Source: an uncultured Thermococci archaeon
Lineage (GTDB): Archaea > CAYQAE01 > CAYVLA01
NCBI GenBank assembly: GCA_964549615.1
Contig: CAZJVP010000074.1
Span: forward strand, 1 to 35,544
Direction: 5' to 3'
DNA: 35,544 bases
In this document: positions 1 to 8,858 of the stretch, piece after piece
How the letters are laid out: every line of letters starts with the position of its first letter
Numbering within the stretch: the stretch's first letter is position 1
The notes under the pieces: generated by a model
Seen by the model: only the letters and a program-made list of their open reading frames with translations
Told to the model about the DNA's origin: nothing
Databases searched by the model: none
Made by a program: the position numbers and the translations under genes

Positions 1-95
1 ATGCCGTAGACAGCTGCGATCTTCTTCTCGGTCATCTCTCCCTTCTCTTTCTGGCGTATGATCCATCGAATCCTTGAGTCGGTTAGCTTGACCAC
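1..95 (-). CDS. 5' part of a probable IS481-family (archaeal ISA0963-like) transposase, N-terminal HTH; runs off the window edge
   Basis: Not in the ORF track. The minus strand from GTG at 95 reads MVKLTDSRIRWIIRQKEKGEMTEKKIAAVYG, which resembles the 'KL...IRWII...G....IA' N-terminal HTH of archaeal IS481-type transposases. Confidence 0.55.
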   Translation of the reverse strand, partial: MVKLTDSRIRWIIRQKEKGEMTEKKIAAVYG

Positions 96-111
96 CGACC
101 CGGCCCAAACA

Positions 112-140
112 GGGGGCGGAAATAAATTTCGGATAACGCA
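112..140 (-). mobile_element. Candidate left terminal inverted repeat of the IS481-like element
   Basis: The minus strand reads TGCGTTATCCGAAATTTATTTCCGCCCCC, beginning 45 nt upstream of the putative transposase start. It is an AT-rich block with a TG terminus. The partner end is outside the window. Confidence 0.35.
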
Positions 141-155
141 CCGCCCAAGCCCACG

Positions 156-168
156 GAAAAAGCTTAAG
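156..168 (+). promoter_or_regulatory. Candidate BRE/TATA promoter of the dolichol-kinase-like gene
   Basis: GAAAAAGCTTAAG lies about 25 nt upstream of a GGTGA ribosome-binding motif at 194-198. Confidence 0.35.
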
Positions 169-205
169 AGAGCCGGACCCGCCCTAGGCACCTGGTGAGC
201 ATCAG

Positions 206-862
206 CTGACGGATCCCATCCTCCAAGTCCTGGCAGTCACGGGCATCCTCTTCGTATGGATGCTCGCAGTGATCCACGTCTTCTCAAGGTGGGCCTACAA
301 CTGGTGCCTCAGATTTCCCGGCGTGCCGGCCGAGTATGTCGGGCGAAAGGTAGTTCACTCGCTCGGCGGGGGAATCGTGACGTTCCTCATCCCGATCTTC
401 TTCGAAGGCCACTACCTCATCGTGGTCGTCTCGGCATTCCTCTTGGCCGGCTACGTCGCCTTGAGGCGGAGATGGAGGATGATGTACTGGTTTCAGGTTA
501 AGGAGAACGCCTACGAGGTGCATTTTGCACTTGCCTACGGGGCTGTCCTTCTGATCGGCGTCTTGCTTGGCAACGTGTGGGTCGGGCTCATCCCGATGCT
601 CTTCATGTCCTTCGGCGACTCTGCCACGGGGCTGGTGAGGGCCTTCACCCAGAGGAGGCACATCAAGTCCTGGGACGGCACGCTTGCCATGTTCGGGGTC
701 TGCGCGTTGCTTGGGATCTGGAAGCTGGGCTGGTACGGGCTGCCCGTAGCCGCGGCTGCGAGCCTCATGGAGAGGGTCCCTGGCGTGGACGACAACGTCA
801 CGGTGCCTCTTCTTTCGGCGATGCTCGTTTACCTCAGGCCGGGCCTCCTCGCCCAGTTATGA
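206..862 (+). CDS. Dolichol kinase / phosphatidate cytidylyltransferase (SEC59/DGK1/VTE5-like) integral membrane protein
   Basis: Motifs RKVVH, MSFGDSATG, KSWDG and DDNVTVP, with multiple TM helices. The track starts at ATG 260. An in-frame CTG at 206, preceded by GGTGA at 194-198, adds a hydrophobic segment, so the start is uncertain. Confidence 0.8.
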   Translation: MTDPILQVLAVTGILFVWMLAVIHVFSRWAYNWCLRFPGVPAEYVGRKVVHSLGGGIVTFLIPIFFEGHYLIVVVSAFLLAGYVALRRRWRMMYWFQVKENAYEVHFALAYGAVLLIGVLLGNVWVGLIPMLFMSFGDSATGLVRAFTQRRHIKSWDGTLAMFGVCALLGIWKLGWYGLPVAAAASLMERVPGVDDNVTVPLLSAMLVYLRPGLLAQL

Positions 863-942
863 GCTATCGAAAGAATCTTTAGCCATGCAGGCGGCTCCCA
901 GGCCGCCGGTTCACCGCGCAACCTTCGGAGAAGCGATCCCCA

Positions 943-1848
943 ATGGCCGATCTCCTTTTCGAAACTTCGCCGTTCGCTAGGCCCGGGCGATGGATCCGGG
1001 GAGGCTTCCACTGCCACACGCTGAACTCAGACGGAGGTCTCACCCCCGAGGAAACCCTCGCCCGCTACAAGAACGCTGGATACGGCTGCGTGGGGGTAAC
1101 CGACCACAGGAAGGTGACCGCGATCGGGCAATTCTCGACCGATTCCTTCGTGGCCATAGACTCGATAGAGGCTGGGGCAAGCCCGGATGCAATCGGCGTG
1201 GGGGCCAAGAGGCCCGTCGACGAAGAGCCTTCATTCTGCCGAAAAGTCTGCTCCCTTGCGGAGCAGGGCGCCTTCACGATCGCAGCGCATCCGACCTACT
1301 CGGCCGCGATGCCGGAGGTCTACCTGGGATGCCCGGGCCTGATGGCAATCGAGATATTCAACGCCTACTGCGAGGAGGCCTACGCGAACGGCTATGCCAT
1401 CGAGCTGTGGGACATGCTCCTCGGCGCTGGCAGGCGGATCTGGGGCGTTGCAGCGGACGATGCGCATCTCAACGAAAGGAAGAGATACTTCTCCGACGTA
1501 GGCCACGGCTGGGTTGAAATCTGGACCGAGGAGCTTTCAAAGACGGGCATCCTCGACGCACTCAAGAACGGATCCTTCTACTCCACGCAAGGGCCGAGGT
1601 TCACGTCGTTGACGGTGGAGGAATCCAGCATAACGATCGAATGCACCCCTGTAGCACAGGTCCGGTGGCGAACGAGGGGAAAATTTGGGCACGTCGAATA
1701 CGCCACCACTTCCAAGGGAATGACCCGGTCCTCCCTGCCAGCTTGGTTCGTTCCAAGGGGGTACGTCAGGGTGGAGATCGTCGATCCGCAGGGACTCAAG
1801 GCGTGGTCGAATCCGTTCTTCCTGCAAGGGGATCGAACTAACGTGTGA
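943..1848 (+). CDS. PHP-domain metallohydrolase (CehA/McbA-like)
   Basis: PHP metal-binding motifs HCHTLNSDG, TDH, AHP, EIFN and DDAH, plus the C-terminal AWSNP typical of this group. Confidence 0.85.
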   Translation: MADLLFETSPFARPGRWIRGGFHCHTLNSDGGLTPEETLARYKNAGYGCVGVTDHRKVTAIGQFSTDSFVAIDSIEAGASPDAIGVGAKRPVDEEPSFCRKVCSLAEQGAFTIAAHPTYSAAMPEVYLGCPGLMAIEIFNAYCEEAYANGYAIELWDMLLGAGRRIWGVAADDAHLNERKRYFSDVGHGWVEIWTEELSKTGILDALKNGSFYSTQGPRFTSLTVEESSITIECTPVAQVRWRTRGKFGHVEYATTSKGMTRSSLPAWFVPRGYVRVEIVDPQGLKAWSNPFFLQGDRTNV

Positions 1849-1850
1849 TC

Positions 1851-1862
1851 CAATTTATTAGA
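1851..1862 (+). promoter_or_regulatory. Candidate TATA box for the R15P isomerase/AMP phosphorylase operon
   Basis: CAATTTATTAGA is an AT-rich island immediately after the PHP stop codon. Confidence 0.4.
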
Positions 1863-1902
1863 AACGGGAAAGACGGTGCCGCGCGAAGGGAGGGTCCGGA
1901 CA

Positions 1903-2856
1903 ATGGAGGAAATCCAAGCAATCAAGAGATCCATAAGGAGCCTTGAGATCCAAGGAGCCCGGAACGTCGCCGCAGCCGGACTCCAGTGCCTCAAGATCGC
2001 AGCGCAAAAGGCAACCGCTAGGACACCCGACGATCTGCTTGGGGCCATGTCCGCCCTTGCGCGGGATCTATCGCTGATACGCGTGACGGAGCCCATGCTG
2101 AGGAACGTGCTCGCCTCCGTCCTCGTCACGCTCAGGCAAAACACAGGCCTCACCCTCACCGAGTTCAGGACGCTTGCCACCTCCGCCTGCGACTATCAAC
2201 TGGATTCCATGAGCAAAAGCATCGCCAAGGTCAGGGAACACGGAGCCAAGGTGATCAAGGACGGTTCCGTCATATTCACCCACTGTCATAGCTCCAGCGT
2301 GACGGGTCTCATCATATCCGAATCCCGCAGAAAGAACATTCGGGTGATCTGCACCGAGACCCGGCCCAAGTACCAGGGGAGGAAGACGGCCCAGGAGCTG
2401 GCCGAGAACGGCGTGGAGGTTTCCCTGTCCGTGGACTCGGCGGCCCACATGTACATGGCCAGCGCGGACCTCTTGCTGATCGGGGCCGACGCCGTCGGCG
2501 GGGGCAAGCTGTACAACAAGATAGGATCGTACATGGTCGTGCACTTCGCAAACGAGCGAGGGATCCCCGCGTACTCGGTCTGCGAAACGCAGAAGTTCGA
2601 TCCTTTGGTCGAGATCGGCTATGTCCAGCCGGTGGAGCAACGCCCCCCATCCGAGGTCATAAGGGGTCGAGTCGGATTCAGGGTCTTCAACCCGGCATTC
2701 GAGACCGTTCCTTTGGCAATGTTCACGGGACTCATCACCGAGGAGGGGATCATATCCCCCAGCGAGGCCGACCGAATCACGGCCAGGTATCGCCATCTCG
2801 TGCCGGAGCTCAAGAAGCTCGTCAAGTGGGACATGTGGAGGGATCAGGGGATTTGA
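1903..2856 (+). CDS. Ribose-1,5-bisphosphate isomerase (eIF-2B alpha/beta/delta family)
   Basis: Motifs IQGARNVA, TEPMLRN, HCHSSSV (catalytic Cys), ETRPKYQG, GADA (catalytic Asp), NKIG and NPAFE. Directly coupled to AMP phosphorylase. Alternative start GTG 1876. Confidence 0.88.
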   Translation: MEEIQAIKRSIRSLEIQGARNVAAAGLQCLKIAAQKATARTPDDLLGAMSALARDLSLIRVTEPMLRNVLASVLVTLRQNTGLTLTEFRTLATSACDYQLDSMSKSIAKVREHGAKVIKDGSVIFTHCHSSSVTGLIISESRRKNIRVICTETRPKYQGRKTAQELAENGVEVSLSVDSAAHMYMASADLLLIGADAVGGGKLYNKIGSYMVVHFANERGIPAYSVCETQKFDPLVEIGYVQPVEQRPPSEVIRGRVGFRVFNPAFETVPLAMFTGLITEEGIISPSEADRITARYRHLVPELKKLVKWDMWRDQGI

Positions 2857-4391
2857 GACTTAAGACCAAGCTGCTGGACATCCAGGCGGGCGAAGCCCTA
2901 GTTGCGGTCTTGAACAAGGACGATGCGTCCGAGCTGGGCCTCATGGCGGTCGATCGTGTGAGGCTTTCAGCGGGGGGAAAGGAGATCGTGGCGATCCTCG
3001 ACGTCGCAACGGAGACCGTGAAGAAGGGAGAGGTCGGGCTCTACCAGGAACTGCGGAAGATCTTCGGCGAGCCCCAGGAGATAGAGGTGCTCCCGGCGCA
3101 TAAGCCAAGCTCGGTGAGGTTCATCACGGACAGAATCCGTGGAAGGATGCTGCAGCCGGCTGAGCTGAGGCAGATAATAAGCGACGTCATGGACAGATCG
3201 CTATCGTCCCTGGAGATAGCAGCGTTCATAACATCCCTTGAGATGAGGCCGCCCAGCATGGATGAAGCCGAAGCGATAACGAGGGCGATGGTTGACCTCG
3301 GCCAGACGCTGGAGTGGGACAGACACCCCATATTCGACAAGCACAGCATAGGCGGAGTCCCCGGGGACAAGACCACCATGATCCTCGTTCCAACGGTCGC
3401 AAGCCTCGGGCTCACGATACCCAAGACATCCTCCCGGGCGATAACCTCGCCGGCCGGGACTGCGGACAGGGTCGAGACGCTGTGTCCGGTCGAGCTGACC
3501 TTGGAGGAGATAAGGGAGGTCGTGGCGAAGACCAACGGCTGCATGGCGTGGGGCGGCGCGGTGGACCTGGCCCCGGCCGACGACCTCCTCATCCAGGTCG
3601 AGTACCCGCTCTCCATCGATCCGCTCTACCTGCCATCCGTGCTTGGGAAGAAGAAGGCCGCGGGGGCGGATTACATCGTCATCGACCTACCCACGGGAAA
3701 AGGCGCCAAGCTGAGCACCGTCGAAGAGGCCAACGAGTTCGGCAGGGACTTCATAAGGTTGGGCAGAAGGCTCGGCCTTCACGTCCAGTGCGGCATAACC
3801 TTCGGCGAACAGCCGGTCGGCAACAACGTCGGGCCCGCCCTCGAAGCAAGGGAGGCCCTGGAAACTCTGATGGGCAAGAAATCGACCCCCGACCTTGTCG
3901 AGAAGGCGGCATCCCTCGTGGGCATACTGCTGCGGATGAGCGGAGATCACCGGGGCAAACGCAAGGCACTTGAAGCCATCAGATCCGGCAAGGCCGAACG
4001 CAAGATGCGCCAGATAATCGAGGCCCAGGGAGGAGACCCGGACGTCAAGCCCGAAGACATCCCCATCGGTGAGCACACGCTGGAGATTCCCAGCCCGTGC
4101 TCCGGACAGGTCGTGTGGGTGAACAACCATAACATCGTCGCCCTTGCCCGAAGCCTCGGGACGCCCAAGCATCGGGGAGCGGGCCTCTGCATACCGAAGA
4201 AGATGGGCGACAAGGTCAGGAAGGGGGACACCATCCTTAGGCTTTACGCCGAGAAGGCAAGCAGCCTTGCCAGGGCCGAGAAGCTATTGGAGGACCTTGA
4301 GCCGGTGATGGTCGCCGAGAAGCTGGCCGACCGCGTTCTGATCCGGGAGGTCGTGGAGGTCCCCGAGGTGCCCTTCACCATAGAGAGATGA
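2853..4391 (+). CDS. deoA: AMP phosphorylase (archaeal thymidine-phosphorylase family)
   Basis: Motifs DKHSIGGVPGDKT, PKTSSRAITSPAGTAD, WGGAVDLAPADD and GPALEARE, with the archaeal N-terminal extension. The TTG start at 2853 overlaps the upstream TGA; the track start at 2826 is probably too long. Confidence 0.93.
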   Translation: MRLKTKLLDIQAGEALVAVLNKDDASELGLMAVDRVRLSAGGKEIVAILDVATETVKKGEVGLYQELRKIFGEPQEIEVLPAHKPSSVRFITDRIRGRMLQPAELRQIISDVMDRSLSSLEIAAFITSLEMRPPSMDEAEAITRAMVDLGQTLEWDRHPIFDKHSIGGVPGDKTTMILVPTVASLGLTIPKTSSRAITSPAGTADRVETLCPVELTLEEIREVVAKTNGCMAWGGAVDLAPADDLLIQVEYPLSIDPLYLPSVLGKKKAAGADYIVIDLPTGKGAKLSTVEEANEFGRDFIRLGRRLGLHVQCGITFGEQPVGNNVGPALEAREALETLMGKKSTPDLVEKAASLVGILLRMSGDHRGKRKALEAIRSGKAERKMRQIIEAQGGDPDVKPEDIPIGEHTLEIPSPCSGQVVWVNNHNIVALARSLGTPKHRGAGLCIPKKMGDKVRKGDTILRLYAEKASSLARAEKLLEDLEPVMVAEKLADRVLIREVVEVPEVPFTIER

Positions 4392-4426
4392 CCCGGGCCG
4401 GGCTCCTGGGACGAACTCGGACGCCT

Positions 4427-4440
4427 AAAAAGAGTTATTA
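4427..4440 (+). promoter_or_regulatory. Candidate BRE/TATA for rps27ae (probably a leaderless transcript)
   Basis: AAAAAGAGTTATTA ends 30 nt before ATG 4471, and no SD motif is evident. Confidence 0.4.
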
Positions 4441-4470
4441 GACGCTCGCAGGGACGCTCACAGGATACCG

Positions 4471-4629
4471 ATGACCAAGATGTCAGAGATATACGAAACG
4501 AAGGAAGGCAAGCTCATCAGGAAGAGGCAGGAATGCCCCAGGTGCGGGCCTGGGACCTACATGGCCGAGCACGAGAACAGATCCTCATGCGGCAGATGCG
4601 GGTACACCGTCTTCAAGAAGAAACAGTAG
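4471..4629 (+). CDS. rps27ae: 30S ribosomal protein S27ae (eS31)
   Basis: Not in the ORF track (52 aa). Translated by hand: [52 protein letters not shown]. It has the CPRCG..MAEH..CGRCGYT zinc ribbon and the usual position upstream of kae1. Confidence 0.95.
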   Translation: MTKMSEIYETKEGKLIRKRQECPRCGPGTYMAEHENRSSCGRCGYTVFKKKQ

Positions 4630-4814
4630 GGCCAAACCCTACTCCACGTCCAGCGCGCACATCACCGTCGATCGGTGAGGAGGCCGCGAGGCCCCGAAAA
4701 CGTTTATGAGCTGGGGAGCGGGGGACGACAGTTTCAGATGTCCTGCTTGGCCTCCCTCTGTGATCTCCGAAGGCGCGGCGTGCATGGACCCGTTCCCCAT
4801 TGGGGTTGTAGTAG

Positions 4815-5804
4815 ATGATCGGCCTGGGCATAGAAGGTACGGCTCACAGCCTAGGCATAGGACTGGCGGATGAATCGGGCAAGGTCCTTGCAAATGCCAA
4901 GAAGGAATACGTCCCGAGGCGTGGAGGCATACACCCGCGTGAAGCGGCACAGCACCACGGCGAGAACCTTCCCAGCCTCCTCTCCGAGACCCTTGAGAGA
5001 GCCAAGATCTCCTTCGATGACATCGGGGTGATCGCGTTTTCCCGGGGCCCTGGCCTCGGACCCTGTCTGAGGACCGTTGCTACGGCTGCCCGCGCCCTGG
5101 CCCTTTGCCTGAACCTTCCACTCGTGGGCGTCAATCATTGCATAGCCCACGTCGAGATCGGGAAGGTGACGACAGGCTGCGCAGACCCGGTGACGGTGTA
5201 CGTCTCGGGGGGCAGCACGCAGATCTTGGCCTTCGTCGGCGGTCGTTACCGCGTCTTCGGCGAAACCCAGGACATAGCCCTCGGAAATGCGCTGGACACC
5301 TTCGCAAGGGAGGCTGGAATACAGGAGTTCCCGGGAGCGAAGAGGGTCGAACAGCTGGCGCTGGGTGGCAAGTACGTGCCACTTCCTTACACGGTCAAGG
5401 GAACCGACCTCAGCTTCTCCGGGCTCGTGACCCATGCATTGGACCTTCACCGTTCCGGGCAGGCCCTCGAGGACCTTTGCTTCTCGGTGCAGGAGGTCTC
5501 CTTTTCGATGCTTACCGAAGTCGCCGAAAGGGCCCTTGCGCACACCGCCAAGACCGAGCTTCTCTTGACGGGCGGCGTGGCAGCAAACAAGAGGCTGCGC
5601 GAGATGCTTCAAACGATGTGCCGAGAACGCTCGTGCCGCTTCAGCGTCGTCCCCTTCGAATACGCCATGGACAACGGCGCGATGATCGCTTGGAACGGAA
5701 TTCAAATGTACAGATCGGGGCAAACGATCGAGCCGGCAAAGTCGACCGTGAAGCCGAGGTGGAGAACCGATCAGGTGACGGCAAGATGGGTTACAGCCTC
5801 ATAA
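4815..5804 (+). CDS. kae1: KEOPS complex N6-threonylcarbamoyladenosine synthase Kae1
   Basis: Motifs LGIEGTAH, GGIHPREAAQHH, GPGLGPCLR, VNHCIAHVE, YVSGG, GETQDIALGN, GGVAAN and DNGAMIAW. Confidence 0.96.
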   Translation: MIGLGIEGTAHSLGIGLADESGKVLANAKKEYVPRRGGIHPREAAQHHGENLPSLLSETLERAKISFDDIGVIAFSRGPGLGPCLRTVATAARALALCLNLPLVGVNHCIAHVEIGKVTTGCADPVTVYVSGGSTQILAFVGGRYRVFGETQDIALGNALDTFAREAGIQEFPGAKRVEQLALGGKYVPLPYTVKGTDLSFSGLVTHALDLHRSGQALEDLCFSVQEVSFSMLTEVAERALAHTAKTELLLTGGVAANKRLREMLQTMCRERSCRFSVVPFEYAMDNGAMIAWNGIQMYRSGQTIEPAKSTVKPRWRTDQVTARWVTAS

Positions 5805-6439
5805 CCAAGGGGGCCGAGGGGGACATATACTCGGCCAAGTTCTCGGACATCTTCTTCGAATCCGCGAGCTTCTCCGAGGTCATAGTGAAGAGAAGGATCC
5901 CCAAGGGCTACAGGATACCGGAGCTTGACCTTCAGCTCAGGAGGCAGAGAACGATCTCGGAGGCAAAGATAATCCATGACTCGCGAGCTGCGGGCGCCAA
6001 CGTCCCCATCATCCTGGGCGTATGGACGGATCAGTGCATCCTGATAATGGAAAAGATCGAGGGCATACGGCTCAAGGAGCTGCTGAACCAGCCAGGCGCC
6101 GACCCTGTCCCGTCGTGCGTCAAGGCCGGCCGGCAGTTGGGCTTGCTCCACAAGCATGGGATAGTGCACGGCGACCCTACCACCTCCAACATGATAATGA
6201 AGGGCGACGAGGTCTACCTCATAGACTTCGGGCTGGCCGAGTACAGCGACTCCGTCGAGAAGAGGGCGGTCGATCTGCACCTGATGAAGACTGCGATGAA
6301 GAGCACGCATTTCCACCGTTTCAGGCCCTGCTACGCGGCGGCCGTGGAGGGATACTGCCTCGAGATGGGCGAGGCCGCACAAGCCGTTCTCGAGAGGTCC
6401 AGGCTGATAGAGAAACGAGGGCGGTACGTTGAGAGATAG
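5786..6439 (+). CDS. bud32: KEOPS complex kinase/ATPase Bud32
   Basis: Motifs KGAE, KRRIPKGYR..LD..LR..RT..EA, HGDPTTSN, IDFGLA and C-terminal RGRY. The likely start is ATG 5786 with GGTGA at 5774-5778; the track's 5105 start is a shadow extension over kae1. Confidence 0.93.
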   Translation: MGYSLITKGAEGDIYSAKFSDIFFESASFSEVIVKRRIPKGYRIPELDLQLRRQRTISEAKIIHDSRAAGANVPIILGVWTDQCILIMEKIEGIRLKELLNQPGADPVPSCVKAGRQLGLLHKHGIVHGDPTTSNMIMKGDEVYLIDFGLAEYSDSVEKRAVDLHLMKTAMKSTHFHRFRPCYAAAVEGYCLEMGEAAQAVLERSRLIEKRGRYVER

Positions 6440-7379
6440 CATCTGCGTTCTCTCGGGTGGCACGGGAACCCCCAAGCTGCTGCAGGGGCTGGTCAGACTC
6501 GTGAAACCGGATGAGCTCAATATCGTGGTCAACACGGCGGATGACGTCTGGGTGGGCGATGTCTACATCTCGCCGGACGTCGATACCGTGCTCTACACGC
6601 TGGCGGGGATAGTGGATCAGGAGAAGTGGTACGGGATCGCCGGGGACACCTACGTCGTCTACGAGGAGCGCCGCAGAAAGGGTCTGGTCGACATCCTGAG
6701 GGTTGGCGACAAGGATCGGGAAAACGCGGCCTTCCGAACCGGTCTCCTCAGACAGGGTTTCCCTCTCAGCCACGCCGTCGACCAGCAACGCAGGAGGCTC
6801 GGCATCCAACAACGGGTGTGGCCCATGACCGACTCCAAGGTCACGACCAAGATAATCACCCCTGCCGGGGTCAAGGAGTTTCAGGAGTTCTGGGTCCGAG
6901 ACGGCGGTAGGGATGAAGTGCTTGGTGTCGAGTTCGACGGGATCGGCCAGGCCGTCGTGTCAGACGGGGCTAGATCCGCCCTGGACAGCGCCCGGCTCGT
7001 CATCATAGGGCCGTCCAACCCCATAACCTCCATCGGGCCGGTGATCAGGACGCCGGGCGTGGCGGAGAGGCTGAAGAAGACCAAGGTTGTGGCGATTTCA
7101 CCCATAAGGGGCGGATCGGCCTTCAGCGGGCCGGCCGGAAAGATGCTTGCAGGCCTCGGGTACGAGGTCTCCCCAGCATCGATCGCTGCGATCTACGGCG
7201 AGTTCCTGGACGAACTGATCATCGATCGATCTGAATCCCACCTCGCCAGGGCGATCTCCGACCGGTTCGGAATCAACGTCAGCCTAGCCGAGATCCAGAT
7301 GAGGACGGATGAAGATAAATTTAAATTGGCTCAGGCCGCGCTGGCCGCCGCAAACGAGGGGGAGACAGATGGGAGATGA
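6429..7379 (+). CDS. cofD: 2-phospho-L-lactate transferase (F420 biosynthesis)
   Basis: Motifs LSGGTGTPKL, VNTADD, SPDVDTVLYTLAG, GDKDR, PMTD, FQEFWV, GPSNPITSIGP and SGPAGKM. Confidence 0.9.
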   Translation: MRDSICVLSGGTGTPKLLQGLVRLVKPDELNIVVNTADDVWVGDVYISPDVDTVLYTLAGIVDQEKWYGIAGDTYVVYEERRRKGLVDILRVGDKDRENAAFRTGLLRQGFPLSHAVDQQRRRLGIQQRVWPMTDSKVTTKIITPAGVKEFQEFWVRDGGRDEVLGVEFDGIGQAVVSDGARSALDSARLVIIGPSNPITSIGPVIRTPGVAERLKKTKVVAISPIRGGSAFSGPAGKMLAGLGYEVSPASIAAIYGEFLDELIIDRSESHLARAISDRFGINVSLAEIQMRTDEDKFKLAQAALAAANEGETDGR

Positions 7380-7587
7380 GGGCGAAGAGGAACCCGAGGC
7401 ATCCTTGGAGGAGAAGCTGGACATCCTGCTGGCCCGCCAGGACGAGATCTCCCGCCAGGTGCTGAAGGAATCCCTCTTTGACGCAGAGCTCAAACGCCTC
7501 ATCAAGGTCGTCCTCTATCTCTTCATCCTGGCGCTGGTGCTCTACATAGTGAGGTCCCTCCTCACACCCGTACTGTCGTACATCTAG
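7369..7587 (+). CDS. Small membrane protein with an acidic/coiled N-terminus and one C-terminal TM helix
   Basis: ATG 7369 follows a purine-rich SD (GAGGGGGAG) and overlaps the cofD stop. TM segment VVLYLFILALVLYIV. Confidence 0.6.
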   Translation: MGDEGEEEPEASLEEKLDILLARQDEISRQVLKESLFDAELKRLIKVVLYLFILALVLYIVRSLLTPVLSYI

Positions 7588-7601
7588 AGTTGTGAACGAT
7601 C

Positions 7602-8537
7602 ATGGGCGCAAGACGCCTAGCCATCATTGCAGCCTGTTTTCTCCTCCTGCGATCGACTCCCTGTTCCGCGGACGACCTATACGAGATACTCCGCGTCAGC
7701 GGAAGCATAGCCGTCCAGCCGAACATGTACTCGTTCGAGGAGATCCGACTGACCTACAGAGGCATATCGGGATCGATCCTCGGCGACGAGTTCAGGATTC
7801 CGGGGGACGTGTCGGACCTCGCCGTGAGGGACTCCCAGGGTTCGCTTCAGCATTCCAAAAGGAGGGTGGGGAATTTCACGGTAATCAGGTTCTATTTCAG
7901 ATCCAGCTTGCGGCCGGACGAGGAAGAGGAAGTCGTCATCAGTTACGCCAGCTCCAATTTCACCTCGAAGGTCGGCAACTTGTGGAAGTACTCGACGATC
8001 TTTCTCGCGCCCTCTCAGGTCAAACGCTGGTACCTGCTCCTTGAGCTCCCCGGACAGGTAGAGGTCTATCCGCCATCAGGCGCTGCAATGGCGGCGTTAA
8101 GACGGATATCTCAGGCCGGCGGGCAAACCGTTTGCGAGTGGGTTTTGGAGGATTCGGACAACCTTCCCATCGCGGTTGGCTGGGCCCCGCTGCAAGCGGC
8201 GCAGCCCCCGAGGCTGCTGATCTACATGGGGCTTGCGGGGGCGATAGCGGTCGCCGCACTGGCGGGGTTCCTGCTTCGCGCCCTGGTGCCGCCCAAAAGA
8301 GTGCCGAAGGCTGTCGAGATCGCGGCCAAGATCCTTGAGGACCGGGAGAGGCGCATCGTGAGGGAGCTGGCGGGCGGCCAGAGCCTGACGCAGATGGAGT
8401 TGGTCAAGGCCACGAAGCTGTCCAAAGCGACCGTTTCCAGGGCGGTCGTTGAGCTTGAGAGGCGCAGGATCGTGACCAGGGAAAGCAGCGGCAGGGTCGT
8501 CAGGGTCCGGCTTCAGGACTGGATTCTTGAGACTTGA
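7602..8537 (+). CDS. Membrane-anchored protein: signal peptide, extracellular beta-rich domain, TM helix, cytoplasmic winged-HTH (COG2512-like)
   Basis: N-terminal RR followed by a hydrophobic stretch, TM LLIYMGLAGAIAVAALAGFLL, and a C-terminal HTH LTQMELVKATKLSKATVSRAVVELERRRIV. Confidence 0.75.
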   Translation: MGARRLAIIAACFLLLRSTPCSADDLYEILRVSGSIAVQPNMYSFEEIRLTYRGISGSILGDEFRIPGDVSDLAVRDSQGSLQHSKRRVGNFTVIRFYFRSSLRPDEEEEVVISYASSNFTSKVGNLWKYSTIFLAPSQVKRWYLLLELPGQVEVYPPSGAAMAALRRISQAGGQTVCEWVLEDSDNLPIAVGWAPLQAAQPPRLLIYMGLAGAIAVAALAGFLLRALVPPKRVPKAVEIAAKILEDRERRIVRELAGGQSLTQMELVKATKLSKATVSRAVVELERRRIVTRESSGRVVRVRLQDWILET

Positions 8538-8588
8538 GACGCGAGATGCGAAGAAACAGAATTAAGGGAATGAGCCCTAGTCGTCTCG

Positions 8589-8858
8589 GTGCAGATCCTA
8601 TCCGACCTGCTGATATCCAGGGGGATTGACCCCGAGAGGTTGGAAAGACACAAACGTTGCGAGGTTTGCCGGAGAAACGGTCCCCAGCTATACGAAGGCT
8701 ACGCCTGCAGTGAACGGGTTTGTCGTGATCTCTGGGGCGACCTGGCCGACCGGCACTGGACGAAGGCGGGCAAACCGCGGAAGAAAGATATAAAAGAAGT
8801 TTTCTCGGAGCTAGCCGGGACTCTTCTAGAAGGGATCTTCGGGAGAAGGCAGACATGA
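8589..8858 (+). CDS. Small hypothetical protein with a putative 4-Cys metal site
   Basis: CEVC-x12-CSERVC. GTG start about 25 nt after AATTAAG. ATGA overlap with the Sm gene. Confidence 0.5.
   Translation: MQILSDLLISRGIDPERLERHKRCEVCRRNGPQLYEGYACSERVCRDLWGDLADRHWTKAGKPRKKDIKEVFSELAGTLLEGIFGRRQT

Noticed and set aside
4613-4950. Minus-strand ORFs between and over rps27ae and kae1
   Set aside because: They have no recognisable motifs and overlap real genes. The gap contains a TATA-like element (GAAAACGTTTATGA) consistent with a kae1 promoter.
5105-5785. 444-aa ORF suggesting a long Bud32 or a frameshifted Kae1-Bud32 fusion
   Set aside because: The first 227 codons are an Arg/Pro-rich alternative frame over kae1. 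Bud32 has its own SD and ATG at 5786, and kae1 ends normally.
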